Part shown: positions 28,726 to 38,500 of the stretch, piece by piece
How the letters are laid out: each line of letters opens with the position of its first letter
Position numbering within the stretch: the stretch's first letter is position 1
Source of the DNA: an uncultured Chloroflexia bacterium
GTDB taxonomy: Bacteria > Chloroflexota > Dehalococcoidia > UBA2979
Length of the DNA: 64,000 nt
Direction of reading: 5' to 3'
Assembly (NCBI GenBank): GCA_963728205.1
Contig: CAVSIV010000002.1
Location: forward strand, 160,001-224,000
Translations under genes and position numbers: made by a program
The notes under the pieces: generated by a model
What the model was told of the DNA's origin: nothing
The model's database searches: none
The model's input: only the letters and a program-made list of their open reading frames with translations

Positions 28726-30797
28726 ATGAACAGTCTGATCATCGCGCTCGTCGCAGGGGTACTTGCCCTGCTCTTCGCGCTCATCACCGCCCGCCGGGTG
28801 ATCGCCGAGGACGAGGGCAACGACACGATGCGGGCGATCGCGAAGGCGATCCAGGAGGGAGCGGCCGCGTTCCTGCGGCGCGAATACACCTTCCTCGCGT
28901 TCTTCGTCGTCGTGGTCTTTATCGTGCTCGCCGTCTTCATCGACTACGACATCCTGAACCGCTTCCCCGACCTGCAGGGCAACTTCACCGGGCTGCCGCG
29001 CACGGCCATCTCATACCTGATCGGCGCGATCTCATCCGCCGGCGCCGGGTACGTCGGCATGTTCGTCGCGGTGCGCGCCAACGTGCGCACGGCGAACAAG
29101 GCGCGCGAGGGGCTGAACCCGGCGCTGCGCGTCGCGTTCTCCTCCGGCTCCGTCATGGGCATGACGGTGGTGGGTCTCTCGCTCTTCTTCATCACGCTGC
29201 TCTACCTGATCTGGCAGGACGTGCAGCCGCTCACCGGCTTCGCCTTCGGCGCGTCGTCGATCGCGCTGTTCGCGCGCGTCGGCGGCGGCATCTACACGAA
29301 GGCGGCCGACGTCGGCGCCGACCTGGTCGGCAAGGTCGAGGCCGGCATCCCGGAGGACGACCCGCGCAACCCGGCGACGATCGCCGACAACGTCGGCGAC
29401 AACGTCGGCGACGTGGCCGGCATGGGCGCCGACCTGTTCGAGTCGTACACGGGGTCGATCGTGGCGGCGATGTCGCTGGCGACGCTGGCGATCATCAGCG
29501 CCGGGCAGAACGCGGTGTTCGCGAACTCCGCCATCGAGAAATACACGTCGAACGCGTTTACGCTCCCGCTGCTCGTGATGGGCATCGGCATCATCGCGTC
29601 GATCATCGGGTCGCTCCTCGTGCGCACCGGCGAGGACGCGATCGATGGGGCGTCTGCTGTGGGCGCTGCGCATCGGCATCTTCTCCGCCGGCGGCCTGAT
29701 CCTGGTCGGGACCGCCGCGGCGATCCTGATGCTCAACCTCGACTTCAAGCTCTTCTGGGCGGTGGTGGTCGGCCTCGTCTGCGGCCAGGTCATCGGCACG
29801 GTGACCGAGTACTACACGGCCTACGAGTACGCGCCGACCCGCAAGCTCGCCGACCAGGCACAGACCGGCGCCGGCACGCTCGTGATCGGCGGCCTCGGGC
29901 TCGGCATGCTGTCGACCGCGATCCCCGTCGATCGTGATCGTGGCCGCGATCTATTTCACCTACCAGCTGGCCGGCCTCTACGGCATCGCCCTCGCGGCGG
30001 TCGGCATGCTGTCGAGCCTGGGCGTGACGCTGGCAACCGACGCGTACGGCCCGGTCGCCGACAACGCCGGCGGCATCGCCGAGCAGGCGCACCTGCCGGC
30101 CGAGGTGCGCGAGCGCACCGACGCGCTCGACTCGCTCGGCAACACGACGGCCGCGACCGGCAAGGGCTTCGCCATCGGCTCCGCAGTGCTGACGGCCCTC
30201 GCGCTGGCCGTCACCTACTCGCACGTCGTGCACATCCAGGTGTTCAACCTGTTGCAGGTCGAGGTCCTCATCGGGCTGCTGCTGGGCGCGCTGATGCCGT
30301 TCATCTTCGCCGCGCTGACCATGGGCGCCGTGGGGCGTGCCGCGATGGCGATGGTGAACGAGGTGCGCCGCCAGTTCCGCGAGCACCCGGGCATCATGGA
30401 CGGCTCGGAGCAGCCCGATCCGGCGGGCGCGGTCGCCATCGCGACCGACGGCGCCATCCGCGAGATGGTGCTGCCCGGCCTGCTCGCCGTGGTGATCCCG
30501 ATCGCGGTGGGCGCGTTCCTCGGCGCCGAGGCGCTGGGCGGCCTGCTCATCGGCTCGGTGGGCTCCGGCTCGCTCCTCGCGCTGATGATGGCGAACGCCG
30601 GCGGCGCCTGGGACAACGCGAAGAAGTTCATCGAGACCGGCCAGTTCGGCGGCAAGGGCTCCGACGCGCACAAGGCGGCGGTCGTGGGTGACACCGTCGG
30701 CGATCCGTTCAAGGACACCGCCGGTCCCGCCATGAACATCCTGCTGAAGCTGATGGCGATCGTCGCCGTCGTGTTCGGTCCGCTCTTCCTGCGCTAG
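28726..30797 (+). CDS. hppA: Membrane-bound pyrophosphatase, probably K+-dependent and Na+-translocating (frameshifts near 29640 and 29930)
   Basis: [52 protein letters not shown]. Confidence 0.95.
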
Positions 30798-30820
30798 TGC
30801 GGCCGCGCAGGCTGAACGTC

Positions 30821-30848
30821 GAACGGGCACCCGAGAGGGTGCCCGTTC
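30821..30848. terminator. Hairpin between hppA and the MBL hydrolase
   Basis: GAACGGGCACCC-GAGA-GGGTGCCCGTTC. Confidence 0.75.
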
Positions 30849-30873
30849 TGCGATCCGGGCGGTGCGCGGCCGG

Positions 30874-31554
30874 CTAGTCGTCCGGGTCGAAGCCGAGCGT
30901 GGCGCGCGTGCTCACGAGGAACGGGTTGTGTTGCCGCTCCTCGCCGACGGTGGTCGCGGTGCCGTGGCCCGGGTAGACGCGCGTGTCGTCGGGTAGCGTC
31001 AGCAGGTGGTCGCGGATCGAGCGGATCAGCGCGCGGCCGTCGGAGCCCGGGAAGTCGAAGCGGCCGATCGAGCCCTGGAAGAGCACGTCGCCGGTGAAGA
31101 CCGCGCCGGGCTCGCCGCCCGCGGCGGGCGTGGCGATGCAGATGCTGCCGGGGGTGTGCCCGGGGCAGTGCAGCACGCGAAGCTCGAGCGCCCCGACCGT
31201 GAAGCTGTCTCCGTGCGCGACTAAGCGGTCGGGGGTGCGCGGCGGCGTCACGGGGTGGCCGTACCAGGCCGGTGCCGACGGGGCCGACTCCGCGATCAGC
31301 GGGTAGTCGACCGCGTGCATCAGGAACGCGGCACCCGGGAGGCCCTCGAGCAGGTCGTGCAGGCCGCCCGTGTGGTCGAGGTGGTGGTGCGTCGCCAGGA
31401 CGGTGGTGACCCGCAGATCGCGCTCCCGGAACTGCTCCAGCAGGGCGGCGGCCTGGTCGCCGGGGTCGATGACGGCGACCTCGCGGGTGGCCTCGTCGCC
31501 GACGACGAAGCAGTTGGCCTGCAGGCGTCCAACGACGAACGCGTGGAGCAGCAT
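30874..31554 (-). CDS. MBL-fold metallo-hydrolase (glyoxalase II/YcbL-like)
   Basis: THHHLDH, PGHTPG, FTGDVLF, YPGHG, ERQHNPF. Confidence 0.9.
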   Translation of the reverse strand: MLLHAFVVGRLQANCFVVGDEATREVAVIDPGDQAAALLEQFRERDLRVTTVLATHHHLDHTGGLHDLLEGLPGAAFLMHAVDYPLIAESAPSAPAWYGHPVTPPRTPDRLVAHGDSFTVGALELRVLHCPGHTPGSICIATPAAGGEPGAVFTGDVLFQGSIGRFDFPGSDGRALIRSIRDHLLTLPDDTRVYPGHGTATTVGEERQHNPFLVSTRATLGFDPDD

Positions 31555-31764
31555 GGGCGCCTCTCGTTGTGGTCGGGGGGTGCGCGGGGATTCTCCGGGC
31601 GGTCCCGGGCGCGCGCAACCACGTGCTCCGACACGCCGCCGGGCGCGGCGCCTCCAGAATCTCGCGGAGCATGCCGAAGATCCCTGAAGCGGGCCTGCTC
31701 CACGGAGGGGGCGGCGTCGGTGATCCGGCGCAGCGGCCGCGGCGATCGAGGCGGAGGCGGCGCG

Positions 31765-33087
31765 ATGGCGAACGGGTGGGGCGCGACAGCGACGGCGGCC
31801 GACGGGATCCTGCGCGCCGCGTTCCGCGGCGCCACGGCGACGGCCGGCGTGGTCCTCGAGCCGGCGCGGCGCATCGAGCTGCTCGCGCACTTCAGCGGCG
31901 CCTTCGACCTGGGCGAGTCGCAGCCGGTGGGCCATGCCGCGCGCGTTGCGCACCTGGCGTTCCGCATCGCCGGCGAGCTGCACCTGCCGGCGGCGACGCG
32001 TCGCCGCGTACTGAACGTCGCGCTGCTGCACGACGCCGGCGTGTGCGTGCGCACGATTGGGGGCCACCTCGAGGCCGGCGCGTGGGTCGCGGAGCGCTTC
32101 GGGCTCGACGCCGGCGTCGGCGCGGCGATCCGCGCGACGCACGAGCGGTGGGACGGAAAGGGTCGCCCCGCGGAGCTCGCCGGCAGCGCCATCCCGATCG
32201 AGGCGCTGGTGGTGAGCGCGGCGCACTGGGCGAACGACCACATCGAGGAGCCGGCGAACCCGCTGCGCGCCCGCGCGGCGCTGCAGCGCGCGCTCCCCGG
32301 CGACCTGGAGTCCATCGTCGGCGCGCGCGTCACGGCCGCGCTGTGCTCGGTGCTGCGCGACGACCGCACGTGGATCGCGATGTGGGCGCCGGACCTGCTG
32401 GCCGTCGTGGCCGCCGCCGGGGCGGGCGAGGGCAAGCCGTCGCACCGCAAGGTGGAGCGCGCCGCGGAGGCGATGGGCGAGGTGATCGACGCGGCCGTCC
32501 GCGAAACCGGCCGCGCGCGACGCGTCGCCGAGCTGGCGAGCGCCATGGCGGTGGGGCTGGGGCTCGGTGCCGAAACGGCCCGCGCGCTCGGCATCGCGGG
32601 CCACGTGCTCGACATCGGCCAGCTCGGCGTGCCGCGGCACATCACGGAGAAGCCGTCGATCCTGAGCGTCGACGAGATGGAGCAGATGCGCCGGCATCCC
32701 GGGCTCGGCGCGCGCATGCTCGAGGCGGCGCCGGCGCTGGCGCCGCTCGCCACCTGGATCGAGGCGCACCACGAGCGGCCGGACGGCCGCGGCTACCCGG
32801 GCATGCTCACCAACGGGGAGCTCGACCTGCCGCCGCGCATCCTCGCGGTCGCCGACTCGTACTGCGCGCTGCGCGCCGACCGGCCGTACCGTCCGGCGCT
32901 CTCTCGCATCGAGGCGCTGTCGCTCGTGCGCGCCGGCGCCGGCACGCAGTTCGACCCGGGCGTCGTGGGCGCCCTGGCGTCGGCGGTGGACCGCTGCGAG
33001 TCGCGCTGGCGCCGCGAGGGCATCGCGCCGGAGTCCGACCGGCGTCGCCGGTCGACGGCGGCGCGCCGGTCGAAGCGATCGGCCTAG
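31765..33087 (+). CDS. Tandem HD-GYP-domain protein
   Basis: Domain 1: LLHDAG and THERWDGKGRP. Domain 2: HHERPDGRGYP, VADSYCAL and QFDP. GGAGG RBS. Confidence 0.85.
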   Translation: MANGWGATATAADGILRAAFRGATATAGVVLEPARRIELLAHFSGAFDLGESQPVGHAARVAHLAFRIAGELHLPAATRRRVLNVALLHDAGVCVRTIGGHLEAGAWVAERFGLDAGVGAAIRATHERWDGKGRPAELAGSAIPIEALVVSAAHWANDHIEEPANPLRARAALQRALPGDLESIVGARVTAALCSVLRDDRTWIAMWAPDLLAVVAAAGAGEGKPSHRKVERAAEAMGEVIDAAVRETGRARRVAELASAMAVGLGLGAETARALGIAGHVLDIGQLGVPRHITEKPSILSVDEMEQMRRHPGLGARMLEAAPALAPLATWIEAHHERPDGRGYPGMLTNGELDLPPRILAVADSYCALRADRPYRPALSRIEALSLVRAGAGTQFDPGVVGALASAVDRCESRWRREGIAPESDRRRRSTAARRSKRSA

Positions 33088-33093
33088 CCGGCG

Positions 33094-33445
33094 CTAGATC
33101 CGCTCGAAGCGGTCGATCCCCAGCACGAAGACGATGGCGCCGCCGACGCGGACCTCGACGGGCTCGGCGCTGAAGCTGCCGTCGCCGAGGAACGGGAGCG
33201 TCTGCACGGGGACGAACTCACGGCGCGCGTGACAGACCTCGGTGACGACCGCGATCAGGCGATTCGAGCCGGTCCTCGGTGACCCCGCTGAAGATGGTGA
33301 CGTTGCCGCGGCGCAGGAAGCCGCCGGTCGACCCGACCTTCGTTGCGGGGAACTCCTCTTCGATCAGGCGCTCCATGAGCGTGTCGGCATCGGTGTCGGC
33401 GACGACCATCATGCACAGCTTCGTGGGATGCGCGGAGCCGGTCAC
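33094..33445 (-). CDS. c-di-AMP receptor, PII-like DarA/PstA (DUF970) family (frameshift near 33260)
   Basis: [16 protein letters not shown], then in the next frame C..RREF...[20 protein letters not shown]. Confidence 0.85.
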
Positions 33446-33609
33446 GCGGACGCGCCTTCTGTCGACGGCGGTGGCGTCGTGGGCGGCGGCGGCGTCGCCG
33501 GCGGCTCGGTTCCGACCAGCGTCGGCGCGTCGGCGCGTGTCGCGGAGACCAAGACCGCTGCGGTCACGCCAAGCGCAGCCCCAATCGCCAGCATGACGAA
33601 TCGACCCAT
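33442..33609 (-). CDS. Small single-TM protein with Pro-rich tail
   Basis: 55 aa, [21 protein letters not shown]...; GGAGGGAG RBS; stop overlaps the DarA start (GTGA). Confidence 0.55.
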   Translation of the reverse strand: MGRFVMLAIGAALGVTAAVLVSATRADAPTLVGTEPPATPPPPTTPPPSTEGASA

Positions 33610-33744
33610 CCGCGCGCTCCCTCCGGTGCCCGGCCCCGCATCGCGAGGCGCGGCGTTCCCGACCGCCGCGGGCAGCATACTAACCCCGCCCCGGGGGGCA
33701 CGCGCCAGCACCGGCGCGCCCGCCTCGGGGCCCTCGACGATTCC

Positions 33745-33773
33745 TTGAGAGCAGTGGGGGCCGATGCTACGCT
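33745..33773 (+). promoter_or_regulatory. Sigma70-type promoter of glyS
   Basis: TTGAGA-17 nt-TACGCT with extended TG. Confidence 0.6.
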
Positions 33774-33825
33774 CGCGCTCCCGAACGACGCTCGCGCTCC
33801 CGCAGCGCCCCCCAGGGGAGACACC

Positions 33826-35203
33826 GTGACAGATACCCACGAGCCGGCCTCCGAGATGAAGGCCGACCTGGAGACGATGACCTCGCTCGCGAAGCGGCGC
33901 GGCTTCGTCTTCCCCTCGGCCGAGATCTACGGGGGCTTCGAGGCCACCTACGACTACGGCCCGCTCGGGGTCGCGATGCGCCGCAACATCCGCGATCTGA
34001 TGGTGGCGTGCGATGGTGCAGGAGCGCGGGGACATCGTCGGCCTCGAGGCCGCGATCATCAGCGCTCCCAAGATCTGGGAGGCGTCGGGCCACGTCGAGG
34101 TGTTCCACGACCCGATGGTCGACTGCCTGAACTGCAACGCGCGCCTGCGCGCGGACCACATCGAGAACAACACCTGCCCCGAGTGCGGCACGGTCGGCCA
34201 GTTCACCGAGCCCCGCAACTTCCACCTGATGCTGCGCACGCACGTCGGCCCGGTGGAGGACGCCGGGGCCACTGCGTACCTGCGGCCGGAGACGGCGCAG
34301 GGCATGTTCGTGAACTTCGAGAACGTGCAGCAGACGACGCGCAAGCGGTTGCCGTTCGGGATCGCGCAGATCGGCAAGTCGTTCCGCAACGAGATCACCG
34401 TGAAGCAGTTCATCTTCCGGACGCGCGAGTTCGAGCAGATGGAGATGGAGTTCTTCTGCCACCCGGACGACTCGATGCGCTGGCATGACTACTGGAAGCG
34501 CGAGCGGCTGCGCTGGCACTACTCGCTCGGCATCCGTCCGCAGCACCTGCGGCTGCGCAACCACACGGCGGAGGAGCTATCGCACTACTCGAAGGCGACG
34601 GCCGACGTCGAGGTCCACTACCCGTGGGGCTGGGGCGAGCTCGAGGGCATCGCCCATCGTGGCGACTACGACCTGACGCAGCACGCGAAGGCGTCCGGCA
34701 AGTCGCTGTCGTACTTCGACCCGGACACGAACGAGCACGTGGTGCCACACGTCGTGGAGCCGGCGGTCGGCGTCGACCGCATCATGCTCACGCTGATGAT
34801 GGACGCGTACGACGAGGAGACGCTCGAGAACGGCGAGACGCGCACGGTGCTGCGCTTCGCGCCGGAGATCGCGCCCGTCGCGGTGGCGGTGCTGCCGCTG
34901 TCGCGCAACGAGAAGCTGGTGCCGACGGCGCAGCGCATCTGGGACGTGCTGCGGCCGCACTTCCGCACGCAGTACGACGACGCGCAGTCGATCGGCCGGC
35001 GCTACCGGCGCCAGGACGAGATCGGCACGCCGCTGTGCGTGACGGTGGATTTCGAGACGATGGACGACGACGCGGTGACGATCCGCGACCGCGATACGAT
35101 GACCCAGGTACGCGTGCCGGTGAGCAGTCTCATCGAGGCCCTGGGCGCGCGCCTGGATGAGCTGCGGCCGCAGGTGCCGTCGCGCGACGAGATCGAGGTG
35201 TAA
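33826..35203 (+). CDS. glyQS: Glycine--tRNA ligase, dimeric (alpha2) type (frameshift near 34000)
   Basis: [66 protein letters not shown]. Confidence 0.96.
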
Positions 35204-35231
35204 CCTGGCCGCCGCCCGCCCCCGCCTGCGC

Positions 35232-36017
35232 ATGCTCCACACGTCCGACGTGCACCTCGGCGCCTACGACAGCGGCTCGATCGAGCTGCGCGAAGAGCTG
35301 CACGACACCTTTCGCCGCGTGATTGACGTCGGCCGGCGCGAGCGCGTCGATTTCATGGTGATCGCCGGCGACTTCTTCGACAACGCGCGGGTGCGCGAGG
35401 AGACGCTGCGCTTCGCGGCCGAGCAGATCGCGCGGCTCGAGCGGCCGGCGGTGATCGCGCCCGGCAACCACGATCACGTGGGGCCGGGGTCGGTCTACGA
35501 CCGCATCGACCTCGAGGCGGCGGCGCCGGGGCTGCGCATCCTGCGTGAGCCGGGCGGCGAGACCGTGCCCGTGGACGGCCTGCCGGTCGAGGTCTGGGGG
35601 CGCGCGCACACGGAGCAGGACCCGGCGTTCCGGCCGTTCGAGCAGATGCCCGAGCCGGGTGACGCGCCGTGGCAGATCGGCGCGGGGCACGGGCACTTCA
35701 TCCACCCGAAGGCGCTGCTGCACCACTCGTTCCACATCCGGCGTGAACACCTCCAGGCGTCGGAGCGCGACTACGTCGCGCTCGGCCACTGGGAGCAGCT
35801 GACGCGCGTGGCGGCCGGCGACCGCACGGTGGCCGCGTACTCCGGCGCGCCGGAGCCACTCGGGCACACGCGTGCGATCGGCGGACGCGTGCTGATCGTG
35901 GACTTCTACGAAGACGGGACCGTGCGCCTCACCGCCCATTCGGTAGAGGAGGCTCCGCCGATCGAGCACGACGACCTGCCGTTCCTCGAAGGACTGCCGC
36001 TCGCGGCGGACGCCTGA
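35232..36017 (+). CDS. SbcD/Mre11-like calcineurin-fold metallophosphoesterase
   Basis: HTSDVHLG, AGDFFD, PGNHD, GHG, DYVALGHW, YSGAPE. Start may lie slightly upstream. Confidence 0.82.
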   Translation: MLHTSDVHLGAYDSGSIELREELHDTFRRVIDVGRRERVDFMVIAGDFFDNARVREETLRFAAEQIARLERPAVIAPGNHDHVGPGSVYDRIDLEAAAPGLRILREPGGETVPVDGLPVEVWGRAHTEQDPAFRPFEQMPEPGDAPWQIGAGHGHFIHPKALLHHSFHIRREHLQASERDYVALGHWEQLTRVAAGDRTVAAYSGAPEPLGHTRAIGGRVLIVDFYEDGTVRLTAHSVEEAPPIEHDDLPFLEGLPLAADA

Positions 36018-36018
36018 C

Positions 36019-36597
36019 GTGGCGGCGCCCGACGGTTTCGCGCTGCGGCGCGCATCGGTCGCGGACGCCGGCACGGTCGCCGACCTGCACGTGCGCTCGT
36101 GGCGCTCCGCCTACCGTGACTTCCTCCCAGCGGACTATCTCGCGGGACTCGACCCGGCCGCGCATGCCGCGGCGTACTGGACGCCGGCGCTGGCGCGCGA
36201 GGTCGGGCGGCCGATGGCGTATACGCGCCTCGCGACCGTCGGCGGTGTGCCGACGGGCTTCGTGTCGATCGAGGGGCCGGACGGCGTGCCGCCGCCCGAG
36301 GAGGCGCTGCCCGGGCACGGGTACGTGCACCACATCCACGTCGCGCCCGAGCGGGTGGGGACCGGGGTCGGCGCCGCGCTGTGGCGCGACGCGCTCGGCG
36401 CGCTTGCCGCTGCCGGGCTCGAGCGCGGGACGCTCGCGGTGTACGAGCCGAACGCGCGGGCACGCGCGTTCTACGAGCGCATGGGCTGGCGCGCCGATGG
36501 CTGGTCGATGGGGCGCGCGTTCCCCTCGGCGGGCGGCGGGGTGACGGTCTCGATGCTGCGGTACGCGGGGCCGACCGTCCAGAGCGGCGGCAGATAG
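36019..36597 (+). CDS. GNAT-family acetyltransferase
   Basis: HVRSWRSAY, IHVAPERVGTGVG, NARARAFYERMGW. Confidence 0.88.
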   Translation: MAAPDGFALRRASVADAGTVADLHVRSWRSAYRDFLPADYLAGLDPAAHAAAYWTPALAREVGRPMAYTRLATVGGVPTGFVSIEGPDGVPPPEEALPGHGYVHHIHVAPERVGTGVGAALWRDALGALAAAGLERGTLAVYEPNARARAFYERMGWRADGWSMGRAFPSAGGGVTVSMLRYAGPTVQSGGR

Positions 36598-36796
36598 GCC
36601 GCCGCGCCTATCGGCGGCGGCGTTCGCCGCCGGCCGCGTCGGCGGCGGCCGCCGCGCCTATCGGCGGCGGCGTTCGCCGCCGGCCGCGTCGGCGGCGGCC
36701 GCCGCGCCTATCGGCGGCGGCGTTCGCCGCCGGCCGCGTCGGCGGCGGCCGCCGCGCCTATCGGCGGCGGCGTTCGCCGCCGGCCGCGTCGGCGGC
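36597..36796. repeat. Perfect tandem repeat, 4 x 50 bp
   Basis: Unit GGCCGCCGCGCCTATCGGCGGCGGCGTTCGCCGCCGGCCGCGTCGGCGGC at 36597, 36647, 36697 and 36747; no spacers. Confidence 0.97.
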
Positions 36797-36828
36797 ATGT
36801 CTGCCGCCGCTTGGGAAGGGACCCCGCG

Positions 36829-37302
36829 TCAGGCCCAGCGAGCGAGTTCGCGGTCGAGGTCGAGCGGCTGGACGATGGCGCGGCGGTCGTATTCGCCCCA
36901 CTGGTCGCGCGGCACCATCCACATCACCTCGAACTCGTTGCCGTCGGGGTCATGCCCGTAGAGCGACTTCGTCGCGCCGTGATCGCTCATGCCGGTGAGG
37001 GCGTCGAGCTCCGCGAGGACCGCCGCCGCGCGAGCGAGATCCGCGATGGCGGGCACTTCCCACGCCAGGTGGTAGAGACCGGTGGCGCCACGCGGCGGGC
37101 GCGGCGCGTTCGCGCCGACCGCGGCGAGCCCGAGGTCGTGGTGGTTGCTCGATCCCGGTGCGCGGAGGAAGGCCATCTGGCCGAACTCGCGGGCGATCTC
37201 CTCGAATCCGAAGGCGCGCTGGTAGAACGTCGACGCGCGGTCGAGGTCGCGCACGTAGAGCACGGCGTGGTTGAGGCGGGCGACGGGGATGGAGTCAGGC
37301 AC
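36829..37302 (-). CDS. VOC/glyoxalase-family protein (CatE-like)
   Basis: LNHAVLYVRD, NHHDLGL, GLYHLAW, SDHG..KSLYGHDPDGNEFE. Confidence 0.88.
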   Translation of the reverse strand: MPDSIPVARLNHAVLYVRDLDRASTFYQRAFGFEEIAREFGQMAFLRAPGSSNHHDLGLAAVGANAPRPPRGATGLYHLAWEVPAIADLARAAAVLAELDALTGMSDHGATKSLYGHDPDGNEFEVMWMVPRDQWGEYDRRAIVQPLDLDRELARWA

Positions 37303-37453
37303 TGGCGGATCCTCGGGTGGGGGAGACGATCGTACGACACGGCGGTCGGCCCGGTGCGTGAGCGGTGAGACGGCAGGGGTGGCCGGGTTGTCGGCGTCGA
37401 CCAGCGGGCCGGCGGCTCGCTGCTCGCCGGTGGCGTCGGTCGGGGGGACAACG

Positions 37454-37481
37454 GACGAGGCGCCCTCAGGGGCGCCTCGTC
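37454..37481 (-). terminator. Hairpin after ferredoxin
   Basis: GACGAGGCGCCC-TCAG-GGGCGCCTCGTC. Confidence 0.65.
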
Positions 37482-37508
37482 ATTCAACGGAAGACGGTGC
37501 AGCCGCGG

Positions 37509-37784
37509 CTAGGCGGGCACCTTGGCGCGCGCGGCGTCCTTGTCCTGGTACCAGAGGCGGTTGATCTCGTCGAAGAGCTTCTGGTCGTCCGGAACGTCGT
37601 CCTCGGCGAAGATCGCCGACACCGGGCAGGCCGGCTCGCACGCGCCGCAGTCGATGCACTCATCCGGGTCGATGTAGAGCATCTTGTCGACGCCCTCTTC
37701 AAAGTGGATGCAGTCGACCGGGCAGACGTCGACGCACGACTGGTCCATCGTGTCGATGCACGGCTGCGTGATGATGTAGGTCAT
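37509..37784 (-). CDS. fdxA: Ferredoxin, 7Fe (FdxA) type
   Basis: MTYIITQPC...[30 protein letters not shown]. Confidence 0.92.
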   Translation of the reverse strand: MTYIITQPCIDTMDQSCVDVCPVDCIHFEEGVDKMLYIDPDECIDCGACEPACPVSAIFAEDDVPDDQKLFDEINRLWYQDKDAARAKVPA

Positions 37785-37950
37785 ATCCGGGAGATTCCCT
37801 TCCGGCGCTTGCAGGTCCACGCCGGCGCGGATGCCGACAATCGCGGGTCAGCGGAACAGCGCGATTCTAGGGACGCGCTGCCGTGCGAACAACTGACCGG
37901 GTCACGGCGCCGCCGTCGGCGCCCGCCGGGGCTCGCGGCACGGGCGAGTG

Positions 37951-38445
37951 TCAGGACCCGCGCTCCCAGAAGCGCCAGCGCGACCGTTTGCGCGCGCTCT
38001 GCTCGGCGCGGGCCGATGCCGTGGCCTCGTCGAGCTGGCGCTGTGCCTCCGCGACGGCGGCGGCGAGGCGGCGGTTGAGCATCACCGCGTGCGTCACGAC
38101 GTCGAGCGCGATGCCCGGCTCCTCGGCCGACTCCGGGTAGAGCCAGGTCATCGTCTCGGTGAAGCGCGGCACGGCCGAGCGGCCGTTCGCCATGCCGTAC
38201 TGCTTGAGCTCGTTGGTCACGCCCTCCACGGCCTGGCTGAGCTTGAGGATCTGGAACGGCGAGACGTCGATCTCGACCACGGCCTGGGAGAGAAGCGGCA
38301 GCATGTCGTCGTGCACCTGCTGCAGGCCGAGGTCGTGTTTCTGGAGGGTCTCCGGGTTGACCTCCGAGCCGGGCCGGCCGAGGTGGTAGACGGTCGCCAG
38401 GTAGACGATCCGGGCGTCCTCGTTGCGGAGCTGGAGTCTGGTCAT
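37951..38445 (-). CDS. Hypothetical protein with coiled-coil and basic/aromatic C-terminus
   Basis: Coding-like composition; -10-like TACGCT 6 nt upstream of the ATG. Confidence 0.7.
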   Translation of the reverse strand: MTRLQLRNEDARIVYLATVYHLGRPGSEVNPETLQKHDLGLQQVHDDMLPLLSQAVVEIDVSPFQILKLSQAVEGVTNELKQYGMANGRSAVPRFTETMTWLYPESAEEPGIALDVVTHAVMLNRRLAAAVAEAQRQLDEATASARAEQSARKRSRWRFWERGS

Positions 38446-38500
38446 GGCGACAGCGTACCGGACGCGCCCGCCGGCGGGCCGCGCGGCGCGGTGCTGCGCG

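Noticed and set aside
33610-33826. T-box riboswitch upstream of glyS
   Set aside because: The predicted promoter leaves only about 45 nt of leader and there is no TGGnACCGCG T-box motif.
36597-36796. CRISPR array
   Set aside because: Units are contiguous and identical with no unique spacers, and there are no cas genes in the window.
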